DNA of 49,937 bases from Gammaproteobacteria bacterium. Lineage in GTDB: Bacteria; Pseudomonadota; Gammaproteobacteria; UBA4575. Every line of letters begins with the position of its first letter. Positions within the stretch are counted from its first letter, which is position 1. The position numbers and the translations under genes were made by a program. Positions 1 to 10,394 of this stretch are shown here, in pieces. A model generated the notes under the pieces. It saw only the letters and a program-made list of their open reading frames with translations. It had not been told where the DNA came from and searched no databases. The stretch lies in NCBI GenBank assembly GCA_050633765.1, contig JBOEHC010000057.1:1-49937 (forward strand), in the 5' to 3' direction.

Positions 1-161
1 ACTAGCTGGAAATCGTCCTTCATCGCTCCACACTCGGGGCACTTCCAATTAGAAGGAATGTCTTCCCAGCGTGTACCTGGCTCAATCCCCTCTTCAGGTG
101 CGCCCTTGGCTTCATCATAGATCCAGCCACAAATTACACACATATATGTTTTATACTGCAT
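1..161 (-). CDS. Rubredoxin; the 3' end runs off the window edge and about 53 codons are visible
   Basis: Not in the ORF track. The reverse complement from the ATG at 161..159 reads [54 protein letters not shown]. It carries the two rubredoxin iron knuckles, CxxCG and CPxCG. Confidence 0.85.
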   Translation of the reverse strand, partial: MQYKTYMCVICGWIYDEAKGAPEEGIEPGTRWEDIPSNWKCPECGAMKDDFQL

Positions 162-216
162 TAATGGTTCTTTCCCTGAAAAATTGTGTAGTTCATTTAA
201 GTAGTCAAAATAAGCA

Positions 217-1008
217 ATGAATACAACAAGTAACACACCTGTTGTCTTGGCATTATCTGGCGCTGATCCTACAGGTGGCGCTGGTATACAAGCCGACATA
301 GAAACCATTGCAAGTTTAGGCTGCCATACCGCGCCAATCATTACTTCAGTTACCGCACAAGATACTACCAACGTCGTTGACACTGCTCAAATCAACGAAC
401 ATTTTATCATTCAACAAGCACGTGTTGTTTTAGAAGACATGAAAGTTGCAGCAATTAAAATTGGATTAATTGTAAGTGACACTACTGCGATGGCTATACA
501 TACCTTACTTACAGACTACAAAGACATCCCTGTAGTGCTAGACCCCATCATTATTGCCGGAGGGGGCAAAGTGCTAGCCAACGAAGATGTGGTGGATGCA
601 ATCAATACTTTATTAGTGCCGCTAGCGACTGTTGTCACTCCTAATAGTGACGAAACCCGAAGCTTAGCACCTGAGGGCGACACACTTGATGCTTGTGCAA
701 TGGCGATTTTAGAACGTGGTGCACATTATGTATTAGTAACCGGTACTCATGAAAAAACTGACAACGTTTGTAATGTTTTATTCGGCAATAACCGCAAGCT
801 TGACACACACAACTGGCCTCGATTACCTGACCAATACCATGGATCGGGTTGCACGCTCTCATCTGCCATTGCAGCCAATATCGCCCGTGGACAAGATGTG
901 GTTTCCGCAACCCATCATGCTCAAGAATATACTTGGAAATGTTTACAAGCTGCACGACAACTTGGTATGGGACAAAAAATTCCCAATCGTTTTCATTGGC
1001 TAAAATAG
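217..1008 (+). CDS. thiD: Hydroxymethylpyrimidine/phosphomethylpyrimidine kinase
   Basis: 263 aa. N-terminal [20 protein letters not shown] and C-terminal [12 protein letters not shown] ribokinase-fold motifs are typical of ThiD. It sits directly upstream of thiE. Confidence 0.85.
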   Translation: MNTTSNTPVVLALSGADPTGGAGIQADIETIASLGCHTAPIITSVTAQDTTNVVDTAQINEHFIIQQARVVLEDMKVAAIKIGLIVSDTTAMAIHTLLTDYKDIPVVLDPIIIAGGGKVLANEDVVDAINTLLVPLATVVTPNSDETRSLAPEGDTLDACAMAILERGAHYVLVTGTHEKTDNVCNVLFGNNRKLDTHNWPRLPDQYHGSGCTLSSAIAANIARGQDVVSATHHAQEYTWKCLQAARQLGMGQKIPNRFHWLK

Positions 1009-1023
1009 CTGCTGGAAAACCGC

Positions 1024-1641
1024 ATGCAACACCTTAAAGGTCTATATGTTATAGCCGATGCCACGTGTATTGGCACAGATAAGCTGCTAAGCAAAACCGA
1101 AGAGGTTATTTCAGCTGGTGTAAAAATTATACAATATCGAGACAAAATTAATTCACAAGACGTTCGTTACAAGATTGCTGAAGCATTACGCACTCTGACA
1201 CATGACCATGAGTGTTCATTACTTATTAATGACGATATACATTTAGCTCAATCCATTGAAGCAGACGGTGTGCATTTAGGTAAAAACGATGACACCATCA
1301 AACATGCTAGAGACTTGCTGGGTAACGATAAGATTATTGGTGCCTCATGCTATGCAGAGTTTGAAAATGCACTCACCGCTATACGTGCATCAGCTAATTA
1401 CATCGCTTTTGGCAGCTTTTACCCTTCTACAATCAAGCCCTATGCCCCCAAGGCTGGAGTCGAGCTTCTCATTCAAGCAAAACGAGAATTTAAAATACCT
1501 GTTTGTGCAATTGGAGGCATTACACCTCAGAATTCAACCCGCTTATTAGATGCTGGTGCAGATATGCTTGCAGTGATTAGTGCAATTTTTAATGCTTCAT
1601 CTCCTAAGCAAGCTGTGCAAGAATATTTATCATTAATGTGA
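1024..1641 (+). CDS. thiE: Thiamine-phosphate synthase
   Basis: 205 aa. Contains YVIAD, IIQYRDK, INDD..LA...ADGVHLG and AIGGI motifs of the ThiE TIM barrel. Follows thiD by 15 nt. Confidence 0.85.
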   Translation: MQHLKGLYVIADATCIGTDKLLSKTEEVISAGVKIIQYRDKINSQDVRYKIAEALRTLTHDHECSLLINDDIHLAQSIEADGVHLGKNDDTIKHARDLLGNDKIIGASCYAEFENALTAIRASANYIAFGSFYPSTIKPYAPKAGVELLIQAKREFKIPVCAIGGITPQNSTRLLDAGADMLAVISAIFNASSPKQAVQEYLSLM

Positions 1642-1655
1642 ACTTATAAAGAACT

Positions 1656-2936
1656 ATGGCCACTTCAGAACAATCTTTCGAAGAAGCACAAAAATTTATC
1701 CCTGGCGGAGTTAATTCACCAGTACGTGCCTTCAAATCCGTAGGCGGCTCGCCTGTATTTATTAAACGAGCACATGGTGCACGTATATACGATATACATG
1801 ATAAAGAATTTATCGATTATGTAGGCTCATGGGGCCCTATGATTCTTGGCCATGCCCACCCCGATGTTATCGAAGCTGTAAAACATGCAGCTGAACATGG
1901 CTTGAGCTTTGGAGCTCCTACAGAAATAGAAACTGATATAGCTAAACTCGTTTGCGAATTAGTCGAATCCATAGAAATGGTACGTATGACGAGTTCTGGC
2001 ACTGAAGCCACAATGAGTGCAATACGTTTAGCACGTGGGCATACTGGTCGTAACAAAATTATAAAATTTGAAGGCTGTTATCATGGTCATGGTGATGCGC
2101 TATTAGTTAAAGCGGGTTCTGGAGCACTCACTTTAGGTGTTCCTAGTTCACCAGGCGTTCCTCCTGAGATAGCCGAAAACACCATTACCCTCACCTACAA
2201 TAATCTTGAAGAAGTTGAACAAGTGTTTGAGAAAATGGGTGATGAAATTGCTTGTGTAATTGTTGAACCAATTGCTGGCAATATGAACTGCATCCCTCCT
2301 GTAAAAGATTTTTTACAGGGCTTGCGCAAGGTTTGCTCAGACCATAAATCGATTTTAATTTTTGATGAAGTCATGACCGGGTTTCGTGTCGCCAAAGGTG
2401 GGGCACAGCAACTTTACAAAGTAGTTCCTGACTTAACCACACTTGGAAAAATTCTAGGTGGCGGCATGCCGGTGGGGGCATTAGGTGGTGAACGCGCAAT
2501 TATGGATTCACTAGCTCCGGTAGGCCCAGTATACCAAGCCGGCACGCTCTCTGGGAATCCTATTGCCATGACAGCGGGATTAACTACTCTCAAACTACTT
2601 TCAGAGAGAGGTTTTCATGATCAACTTCAACGAAAAACCAAATTATTAGTAGATGGTTTGCTAGATGCAGCACACAATAACAACATCCCTCTAACAGCAA
2701 ACTATGTAACAGGCATGTTTGGCCTATTCTTCACAGAAGAAGAGAAAATAACTTCTTTCTCTCAAGTTACTGCTTGCAACTCTGATCACTTTAATAAATT
2801 CTTTCACAGTATGCTAGACCAAGGCGTGTATCTTGCACCTTCATCCTATGAAGCAGGATTTATTTCTTCTGCACACACAGAAGAAGACATTGAGAAGACA
2901 ATTGAAATAGCTGATAAAGCATTTTCAAAAATCTAA
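1656..2936 (+). CDS. hemL: Glutamate-1-semialdehyde 2,1-aminomutase
   Basis: 426 aa. Has the [10 protein letters not shown] motif, a class III aminotransferase fold and FDEVMTGFR. Confidence 0.92.
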   Translation: MATSEQSFEEAQKFIPGGVNSPVRAFKSVGGSPVFIKRAHGARIYDIHDKEFIDYVGSWGPMILGHAHPDVIEAVKHAAEHGLSFGAPTEIETDIAKLVCELVESIEMVRMTSSGTEATMSAIRLARGHTGRNKIIKFEGCYHGHGDALLVKAGSGALTLGVPSSPGVPPEIAENTITLTYNNLEEVEQVFEKMGDEIACVIVEPIAGNMNCIPPVKDFLQGLRKVCSDHKSILIFDEVMTGFRVAKGGAQQLYKVVPDLTTLGKILGGGMPVGALGGERAIMDSLAPVGPVYQAGTLSGNPIAMTAGLTTLKLLSERGFHDQLQRKTKLLVDGLLDAAHNNNIPLTANYVTGMFGLFFTEEEKITSFSQVTACNSDHFNKFFHSMLDQGVYLAPSSYEAGFISSAHTEEDIEKTIEIADKAFSKI

Positions 2937-3307
2937 GACTTAGTTACTACCTCCAGGTAGTTTGATTGCTTGAATCGAGGCGAACATATTGCAAAAAATA
3001 TCAAATCTCTAGAACTAGTATTGGTAATTTTTTGCACACACCCCGCTGGAATAATCACTACATCATAAGGCCCCACCTTCTGCGGCGTTAATCCACCCAA
3101 CTCCACCAATCCTTCGCCCTCAAGAATTATATAACGCTCAATTGTATCGAATAACTGATGCAACTTAGTTGTTACACCTGGCTCAACTCGCGCTCTGGCT
3201 ATTGAAAGATTAGGATCATCATCTGAATTTGAAAGCTCTGCAATATAGCAGCCTTCATCAATATAGAATTCTTCTTGTTGATTAAATTTTTTAATGCACG
3301 ACTGCAT
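2933..3307 (-). CDS. Small cupin-domain protein
   Basis: 124 aa. The pattern G..T..H....E.Y.ILEGEG ... GD.V.IPAG is typical of a single-domain cupin. Its stop overlaps the hemL stop (CTAA). Confidence 0.6.
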   Translation of the reverse strand: MQSCIKKFNQQEEFYIDEGCYIAELSNSDDDPNLSIARARVEPGVTTKLHQLFDTIERYIILEGEGLVELGGLTPQKVGPYDVVIIPAGCVQKITNTSSRDLIFFAICSPRFKQSNYLEVVTKS

Positions 3308-3429
3308 AATTGAATTTAAATTTACTTGATATGTTGTAACAAAAACTCAAGAACAACTTATTTCACTTCTTTATATTTTAATAACTTATGAACGACGCAT
3401 GAAAAAATACACATACATAAATTATGAAT

Positions 3430-5265
3430 CTAAACAGTTTGATATTGACCATAAAGTTTTGCATAGAGTCCATTCGCGTTAAGTAATTCATCATGACCGC
3501 CTTGTTCCGTAACCTTACCATCCTCAAACACATAAACCGTATCAGCTTGTTTTACAGCGCTCAACCTATGCGCCACTATAATCATGGTACGGTCTTTAAG
3601 ATACTTCGCTAAGGCAACATGCAATTTAGCTTCAGTTTCTGCATCTAGCGCAGAAGTTGCTTCATCTAAAATAACGACTTGCGGATTAGTTAGCGCCATT
3701 CTTGCAATAGCGATACGTTGCCTTTGTCCGCCTGATAAGCGTATTCCATCAACACCAATTAAGCTATCTAATCCTCTTGGCATAGCTTCTACAACATCTT
3801 TAATTTGCGCTACTTCCAAAACTCGCCACAATGCAGCATCAGGAACTTCTCTACCTAAAGTTAAGTTCATTCGCACACTGTCATTGAATAATGCAGGATG
3901 TTGCAACACACAAGCCACATGCTCACGCACAACTTCCATACCAATTTTTGAAACTGAAACATGATCAAATTTAATTTCGCCAAACAAAGGTGGATAAAGA
4001 CCCAACAAAACTTGTACCAGTGTAGATTTACCACCGCCACTTGCACCAACGAGCGCTACTTTTTCACCTGCGTGGACAACGAGGTTAACGCCATCTAATA
4101 CATACGGTCCATCACCATAAGCGAACTTTATATTTTCCACCTGTACACTTACCGCATGTTTTCCTGCAAATGGATTTTCGATATGCGGGTATTGTGGCTC
4201 TCTCGGCAAGTGCAGCAATTCATTTATCCGGCCTAGAGCAGCCTTTGCACCATAAAAAGAATATTGAATACTCAAGACCTCTTGCACAGGCCCCATCATG
4301 AACCACAGATACCCAAATACTGCAATCATTTCTCCTATACTAAGATCAGTTAGCAATACCATTGCCATGCTTAATGCGCGAAAAATATCAAAGCCAATCA
4401 AAAATACTGAAAATGATAACCGATTAGCAGCGTCACTCTTCCATGAAAATGCGGTTGAATGCTCTTTTAGTTGTTTAGCATTCTTTCTTACACGATCCAA
4501 ATAATAGCCTTCACGATTACTAGCTCTAATTTGTTGGATACCGTCTAGAGTTTCTGTAAGAGATTGTTGAAATTTCTCGAATGATTTATTTTCTTTCTTT
4601 TTTAGCTCTTTAACTTTTTTACCAATTAACATAGTTATATAAATAACTAGAGGATTGATAATTATTATAAATAGCGCAAGCTGCCAGTGCAGCCAAAACA
4701 GAACACCTGCAACACCTACTATTGTCAGGGCAGCAACAATGAATTTACTCACTGTTTCACCGGCAAACTGATCTACAGTATTTAGATCTGTAACAAATTT
4801 TGAAGAAACTGCGCCACCGCCTAAGGTTTCATATTCAGACATAGCCACAGATTTAAGGCGGTTAAGCAGCTGATATCGAATTCGGTAAATAATATCTTTA
4901 GCAATGCCGACAAATTTTTTCGTTTGCCAGACATTTAAGAAAAGATATGTAAGCCGCAATACTATACAGATAACAGTAAGAACAATGATATAAAGAAAAG
5001 GACTATGTAGTGATTCAGAAAAGTACTTACCAATCGTTGCAACCACTTTGCCAGGTTTATCTAATAGAACCTCATCTATCAGCAAAGGAATCAGCAAAGG
5101 AATAGGAATGCTCGCCAGCACGGCAATGACAGCAATGGCATGTGCAGACACCAGCTCACGTTTATGCACTAACGCCATGTTTAATACATGGCGTATGGTG
5201 TATTTTTCAGGAGTAGGTTCTGTAAAAACTTCAGATACCCTGTTGGTACTATTTTTTTCTGTCAT
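3430..5265 (-). CDS. ABC exporter, fused permease and ATPase (MsbA/ABCB-like)
   Basis: 611 aa. N-terminal six-TM region, Walker A GASGGGKST, signature LSGGQRQR and Walker B VVILDEATSALD. Confidence 0.85.
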   Translation of the reverse strand: MTEKNSTNRVSEVFTEPTPEKYTIRHVLNMALVHKRELVSAHAIAVIAVLASIPIPLLIPLLIDEVLLDKPGKVVATIGKYFSESLHSPFLYIIVLTVICIVLRLTYLFLNVWQTKKFVGIAKDIIYRIRYQLLNRLKSVAMSEYETLGGGAVSSKFVTDLNTVDQFAGETVSKFIVAALTIVGVAGVLFWLHWQLALFIIIINPLVIYITMLIGKKVKELKKKENKSFEKFQQSLTETLDGIQQIRASNREGYYLDRVRKNAKQLKEHSTAFSWKSDAANRLSFSVFLIGFDIFRALSMAMVLLTDLSIGEMIAVFGYLWFMMGPVQEVLSIQYSFYGAKAALGRINELLHLPREPQYPHIENPFAGKHAVSVQVENIKFAYGDGPYVLDGVNLVVHAGEKVALVGASGGGKSTLVQVLLGLYPPLFGEIKFDHVSVSKIGMEVVREHVACVLQHPALFNDSVRMNLTLGREVPDAALWRVLEVAQIKDVVEAMPRGLDSLIGVDGIRLSGGQRQRIAIARMALTNPQVVILDEATSALDAETEAKLHVALAKYLKDRTMIIVAHRLSAVKQADTVYVFEDGKVTEQGGHDELLNANGLYAKLYGQYQTV

Positions 5266-5278
5266 CTAGAAACAGCTA

Positions 5279-5662
5279 TTAAGCTTCTTCCGAACCCTTA
5301 TCCTGACTTTGTTTTTCAATATCAGCTCTTACTTGATCCATATCTAAAGCTTTAGTTTTATCGATAATATCTTCTAATTGCGCAGGGGGAAGTGCTCCTG
5401 CTTGTGAGTATAATAAAATCTGTTCGCGAAATATCATTAATGTAGGAATAGAACGAATATTACATGCCTCTGCTAACTCTTGTTGTTCTTCGGTATTCAC
5501 TTTTGCGAACACAACATCCTCATGATTTTCAGAAGCTGACTCAAATGTGGGTGCAAATGATTTACATGGTCCACACCATGAAGCCCAAAAATCGATGATA
5601 ACTGTGTCGTTATTTTCAACCGTATCATTAAAGTTTTCCTTAGTAAGGGCAGTCGTTGCCAC
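5279..5662 (-). CDS. Thioredoxin with an acidic C-terminal extension
   Basis: 127 aa. Active site WASWCGPCK. The roughly 20-aa charged tail extends beyond the usual thioredoxin length. Confidence 0.85.
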   Translation of the reverse strand: MATTALTKENFNDTVENNDTVIIDFWASWCGPCKSFAPTFESASENHEDVVFAKVNTEEQQELAEACNIRSIPTLMIFREQILLYSQAGALPPAQLEDIIDKTKALDMDQVRADIEKQSQDKGSEEA

Positions 5663-5676
5663 ATTTCTCTCCTTTG

Positions 5677-6270
5677 TTATAAAAATTTAGATTCCTGCAT
5701 AGCTTCCTTTAGATGATGCAGACGCACAACATGGTCATCGATCTCCAAAAGCCTTTGTTTAATAGCTGATTGTAAAGGTAACAGTTCCGTAAGACGAGCA
5801 CCCACCCAACCCGCGTAATCATAGCCTGCCGGCAAGGTAGTATATGGCTTACCAACTTGGGTAATAACCTTTTGCAACAATATGCGCATTGACTCAAATT
5901 CTTCTGGCAAATCAATTTCTGAGTTTGCTTCTAAGCGTTGTATTTGCCCAACTAATAACTGATCTGTCTGTATATGGGTGGACTCTATATATATTTTACT
6001 CTCCCCATAAGCCGTAATACCGAGCAAACCATCTGGCAGCGTTTCCCAATCTGCTATACGGCATTCGGTACCGGTTTTATACACCTCAGCTGCTTGGCCC
6101 GCTTCTTCTCCATTTTTAATCAGCACAATGCCAAATCCATGCTCATTGCGCATACAATCTTTCACCATATCTAGATAACGAGGTTCAAATAAACGCAGCG
6201 GTAATGCGCCACCAGGAAAGATCACTGAATTCAGCGGGAATAATGGAAGCTCATACAGATTGGATGACAA
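5677..6270 (-). CDS. LON substrate-binding (Lon N-terminal) domain protein
   Basis: 197 aa. LPLFPL..V.FPG..LPL.LFEPRYL.MV is the hallmark start of stand-alone Lon-N domain proteins. There is no AAA+ or protease part. Confidence 0.75.
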   Translation of the reverse strand: MSSNLYELPLFPLNSVIFPGGALPLRLFEPRYLDMVKDCMRNEHGFGIVLIKNGEEAGQAAEVYKTGTECRIADWETLPDGLLGITAYGESKIYIESTHIQTDQLLVGQIQRLEANSEIDLPEEFESMRILLQKVITQVGKPYTTLPAGYDYAGWVGARLTELLPLQSAIKQRLLEIDDHVVRLHHLKEAMQESKFL

Positions 6271-6324
6271 TGCGTAAGCTCTTTGCTTAATTATAGGTAT
6301 GAATGAATATAGATTTTATATTGA

Positions 6325-7632
6325 TTAGGCAGCTTTATCAGCAGCTATTTTATTATCTGCCAAACGCTTAACCATTGAATGGGCGACCGCCTTATAGAAC
6401 TGAGCTTGCAATTCAGTTGACATTTTATCCAAATCTGTTGTGGTTAACTTCATCAACAACATGTCGGTATTAGCCATAACGCTAGTACTGCTGTTTTCAT
6501 TTCTTAATAAACCCAACTCCCCAAAACAATCACCTTCCGCTAATGTTTTAACAGGCTCATTTGATTTATATACAATCGCTTTGCCACCCACGATTACATA
6601 AAATGTTTGATCGATCTCGCCAGCCGATAAAATCGTTTCTTCATTTGTAATACGTAACCAAGTAGCAAGATCTACAAATTCAGATAATTGCTTCTGACTA
6701 AAGTCTTTAAAAAATCCAAGCATACCTGCTTGATCAGTATTTACACGTTTTATAATTTCAGCTTCTTCGTAACGCAACGCTATATCTACACTACGAATTG
6801 CTGCTGCAAAATCTGCTGCAGCTGGGTAACGCTGTTCAGACTTCTTCTCCAAAGCTTGATCAATAACAGGTTGTATTTTTTCAGCATGCTCGACACCATA
6901 ACTAGCAAGAGTTCGAGGCTTCTCATTTAAAATCTTATACATATGAGTATGCACATTGTCTGCTTCAAACGTTTTAGCCCCAGTAAGCAGTTCATATAGC
7001 ACAACACCTAGCGCATACAAATCTGTACTTGGACCAACCTCTTGTTCTTCTATCTGCTCCGGCGCCATATAGAGCGGCGAACCAAATAAACCACTGGAAA
7101 ATGTATCAATTTCATTGCGTACTTTGGCAATACCAAAGTCAACTATTTTAACATTTCCATCTTCTGTAATTAATATGTTTGCAGGCTTAATATCTCGGTG
7201 GACAACGTTTTTACTGTGCGCATATTCTAGCGCTTTACAACATTTAAATATGATATCAATGGCTTTAGAAACTGAAATTTCTTCCTTGGCGTTCATAATA
7301 GAAGCTAAACTTCTAGCATCAATATATTCCATTACAATAAATGTTTGACGGTCTCCCACACCGGCGTCATACACGGACACTATATTAGGATGCTGCAATT
7401 TACCCACTGCACGAGTTTCTAGAAAAAATGAATTGCGCAATTGCTGAGAATTTTCTTCACCATCTTGATTATCAGGATATTGACTGATCTTAATTGCGAC
7501 ATCACGATCTAGAAACGGATCATGCGCTTTGTATATAGTGCGATATTTTCCTTGATGAATGATTTTATCAAGTTGGTATTTACCAATTCGCTCACCAGAA
7601 GATAAACTGCGTCGTTTTCTTTTATTACTCAT
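6325..7632 (-). CDS. Hanks-type Ser/Thr protein kinase fused to a C-terminal cyclic-nucleotide-binding-like domain
   Basis: 435 aa. Kinase motifs VAIK, HRDIKPANIL, DFGIA and YMAPE are present. The C-terminal CAP/cNMP fold is recognisable from FGELGLL. Confidence 0.8.
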   Translation of the reverse strand: MSNKRKRRSLSSGERIGKYQLDKIIHQGKYRTIYKAHDPFLDRDVAIKISQYPDNQDGEENSQQLRNSFFLETRAVGKLQHPNIVSVYDAGVGDRQTFIVMEYIDARSLASIMNAKEEISVSKAIDIIFKCCKALEYAHSKNVVHRDIKPANILITEDGNVKIVDFGIAKVRNEIDTFSSGLFGSPLYMAPEQIEEQEVGPSTDLYALGVVLYELLTGAKTFEADNVHTHMYKILNEKPRTLASYGVEHAEKIQPVIDQALEKKSEQRYPAAADFAAAIRSVDIALRYEEAEIIKRVNTDQAGMLGFFKDFSQKQLSEFVDLATWLRITNEETILSAGEIDQTFYVIVGGKAIVYKSNEPVKTLAEGDCFGELGLLRNENSSTSVMANTDMLLMKLTTTDLDKMSTELQAQFYKAVAHSMVKRLADNKIAADKAA

Positions 7633-7647
7633 ATAAAAATTCGCACT

Positions 7648-9030
7648 TTAGTGCAGAATACCAGACTCGCGACTCGATAATTGCAAAATGAGTTTCTCTG
7701 ATAAACCATCAAAACTTCCGTTACTTAATACTAAAATATTGTCACCTTGTTTTACTTCGTTGAGCAAATCTAGGATTATTTCGTCTACCGTTGGAAACAA
7801 TCTAGCGTCTGGCTTAATGCTGTCAGTCATCTCGCCAATGGACCATTGCAAATCTTTTGGCTCAAAAATAAAAACTTTATCTGCATCATCAAACGCTTTT
7901 GCCAAGTGCTCGCTATGAATTCCTAAACGCATCGAATTAGACCGCGGTTCAAAAATTGTGATGATACGACCGTCAGGGCGTTGATCTTTAAATGCAGAAA
8001 TTGTTGCCGCAATTTCTGTTGGATGATGAGCAAAATCATCATAAACACTTATATCACTGAAGGTTCCTTTATGCTCGAGACGACGTTTCACACCTGCAAA
8101 TGTAGTTAATGCTTGCAGTGCATCTTCTACATATACCCCAGCATGTTGTGCAGCTGCTATAGCCGCAATTGCATTAGCAATATTATGTCGACCTATTAGC
8201 TCTAACGCACCTAAACCACGAGGCTTTCCATTCTGTTGCAATGTAAACTGAGAATTTTGCAAATCAATATCTCCCGCAAACCAAGAGGCAGTAGATTTCA
8301 TCGTTGAGAACGATTCGATTGGTGTCCAACATCCCATATCAATTACATCTTGTATATTTTGCTCATCTAGATTGATGATTAATTTTCCATCGCTAGGCAG
8401 AATTCGAATCAGATGGTGGAATTGGCGCTTTATCGCGTCGAGATCATCAAAGATATCTGCGTGGTCAAATTCTAAGTTATTTAGCACTAAGGTATGGGGA
8501 CAGTAGTGTACGAATTTAGACCGCTTATCAAAAAAAGCCGTATCATACTCATCTGCCTCAATCACAAAGTACTTTGAATCACCCAATCTGGAAGAATAAT
8601 CAAAATTTTCAGGTACACCCCCAATTAAGAATCCTGGCTTTAATCCTGCTGATTCGAGTATCCACGCCAACATGCTACTGGTCGTTGTTTTACCGTGCGT
8701 ACCCGCCACAGCGAGCACCCAGCGATCTTTCAGAACATGGTCATGCAACCAAGCTGGCCCCGAAGTAAATGGAATGTGATTATTTAACAAATACTCCACC
8801 ACCTCATTGCCTCGCCCCATTACATTACCAACAACGATTTGATCAGGTTGAGGGAAAATATGATCTACGGAGTAACCACTCATTAATTCAATGCCTGCCA
8901 TTTCAAGCTGAGTACTCATTGGCGGATACACATTCATATCTGACCCAGATACCGTATGACCTAACTGCTTAGCAATAATTGCCAAGCTACCCATAAACGT
9001 ACCGCAAATTCCAAGAATATGTATATGCAT
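7648..9030 (-). CDS. mpl: UDP-N-acetylmuramate:L-alanyl-gamma-D-glutamyl-meso-DAP ligase (murein peptide ligase)
   Basis: 460 aa. N-terminus MHIHILGICGTFMGSLA, Mur ligase P-loop GTHGKTTT and Mpl-like length. The start overlaps the upstream stop (TAATG). Confidence 0.88.
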   Translation of the reverse strand: MHIHILGICGTFMGSLAIIAKQLGHTVSGSDMNVYPPMSTQLEMAGIELMSGYSVDHIFPQPDQIVVGNVMGRGNEVVEYLLNNHIPFTSGPAWLHDHVLKDRWVLAVAGTHGKTTTSSMLAWILESAGLKPGFLIGGVPENFDYSSRLGDSKYFVIEADEYDTAFFDKRSKFVHYCPHTLVLNNLEFDHADIFDDLDAIKRQFHHLIRILPSDGKLIINLDEQNIQDVIDMGCWTPIESFSTMKSTASWFAGDIDLQNSQFTLQQNGKPRGLGALELIGRHNIANAIAAIAAAQHAGVYVEDALQALTTFAGVKRRLEHKGTFSDISVYDDFAHHPTEIAATISAFKDQRPDGRIITIFEPRSNSMRLGIHSEHLAKAFDDADKVFIFEPKDLQWSIGEMTDSIKPDARLFPTVDEIILDLLNEVKQGDNILVLSNGSFDGLSEKLILQLSSRESGILH

Positions 9031-9545
9031 TATGCAGCCACTCTACCAGCTAAAATTAATTCAAATATCATGTAACTAACCAATGCATAACCCACCGCAA
9101 TTGAAATCCCATAACCCAAAGTTGAGGAAATTGCACGACTGATAATAAAACCAAATGTCGCTATAAACCATGCATAAACGGCTAACGCTAACAACCAAAA
9201 TAATCCAGCTACATTTTCATTCAATTTTTCACTCAACAATGGATATATCACTGGAACAGAAATAATATCGATGATAATTGATACACCAAGCATGGCGCTA
9301 AAAGTTTGTATAAAACGTTCAGATTTTTTAATCAAAATAATTTTTACAAACACAAAGGTGACTAACAAACCAACAATACTTAAGCTTGCTGCAACCTTAA
9401 ATCCATGCATAGCAGAACTAAGGAAAGTGGAAACTAAGAGACTGACAGCAAACAATACAGACATTAAGTAAATGCTTGCCGGCATATCTTCTGGCCCCTT
9501 GCGCAGCAAGCATATATCAAAAAGTAATTTTATTATTGCTGACAT
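9030..9545 (-). CDS. Polytopic inner-membrane protein of unknown function
   Basis: 171 aa with about five hydrophobic segments. I see no diagnostic motif. Translationally coupled to mpl. Confidence 0.55.
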   Translation of the reverse strand: MSAIIKLLFDICLLRKGPEDMPASIYLMSVLFAVSLLVSTFLSSAMHGFKVAASLSIVGLLVTFVFVKIILIKKSERFIQTFSAMLGVSIIIDIISVPVIYPLLSEKLNENVAGLFWLLALAVYAWFIATFGFIISRAISSTLGYGISIAVGYALVSYMIFELILAGRVAA

Positions 9546-9569
9546 GTAAGATTGGGTGATATGAATTTA

Positions 9570-10331
9570 CTAAGTCTTCATAAAACCATAAATACCGCGT
9601 TTCGATGGCGCCATGATCCATTCACGCAGGTAATCTATTTCCGCAGTTCCTTTCTGATATTCTACAGTACCGCCATCACGCAGATGACGAAATACTTGTT
9701 CAAGTTTTTTATATTGCCCACCTTTTATTCCAGAACGTCGCAAACCAATTGTATTGAGACGCATGTGTCTTACAGGATCTCCACCCAATAAACAAAAAGG
9801 CAGCACATCTTTGCGCACTGGAGTATAACCAGCAATCATTGACATTTTCCCAATACGAATAAATTGATGTGTGCCTACGTGACCGCCTAAATTAGCCTTA
9901 TCACCAATTTGTATATGACCACTCAAACCCACATAAGCTGTAAGAATCACTTCATTACCAAGTTGACAATCATGCGCGACATGCGAATAAGTCATCAAGT
10001 AACAATTTGAGCCTAATGAAGTTGGAATATCAGGATTAGTAGAACGATGTATTGTGCAATTTTCTCGAATGATGTTTTCATCACCCATTTTCACCCAAGT
10101 TTCTTCGCCACTAAACGACAAATCCTGTGGCAATCCACCTACAGCAACTTGAGCATGTAATTGATTATTTTGTCCCAACTTAACATAAGAATGCAGAATA
10201 CAATGCGGCCCAATTTCTGTGCCTGAACCAATGACAACATGATCCTCAATAACACTATAGGGACCAATTTTTACATCGGAATCAATTTCCGCTTTAGATG
10301 ATACCACTGCAGTTGGATGAATATTTGACAA
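9570..10331 (-). CDS. lpxA: Acyl-ACP--UDP-N-acetylglucosamine O-acyltransferase-like protein
   Basis: 253 aa. Left-handed beta-helix hexapeptide repeats, HVAHDC..G, HQF and C-terminal N..GL+R.G all align with LpxA. It is not next to lpxD/fabZ/lpxB here. Confidence 0.75.
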   Translation of the reverse strand: MSNIHPTAVVSSKAEIDSDVKIGPYSVIEDHVVIGSGTEIGPHCILHSYVKLGQNNQLHAQVAVGGLPQDLSFSGEETWVKMGDENIIRENCTIHRSTNPDIPTSLGSNCYLMTYSHVAHDCQLGNEVILTAYVGLSGHIQIGDKANLGGHVGTHQFIRIGKMSMIAGYTPVRKDVLPFCLLGGDPVRHMRLNTIGLRRSGIKGGQYKKLEQVFRHLRDGGTVEYQKGTAEIDYLREWIMAPSKRGIYGFMKT

Positions 10332-10394
10332 AGTGATGAACTATAAAATAGTTAAAAATATTGATGTAATTCTAATATATTTTAAGAATGTTTA

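Noticed and set aside
162-216. A TPP riboswitch upstream of thiD
   Set aside because: Only 55 nt are available, and neither the CTGAGA nor the ACCTGATCTGGATAATGCCAGCG-type conserved segment is present.
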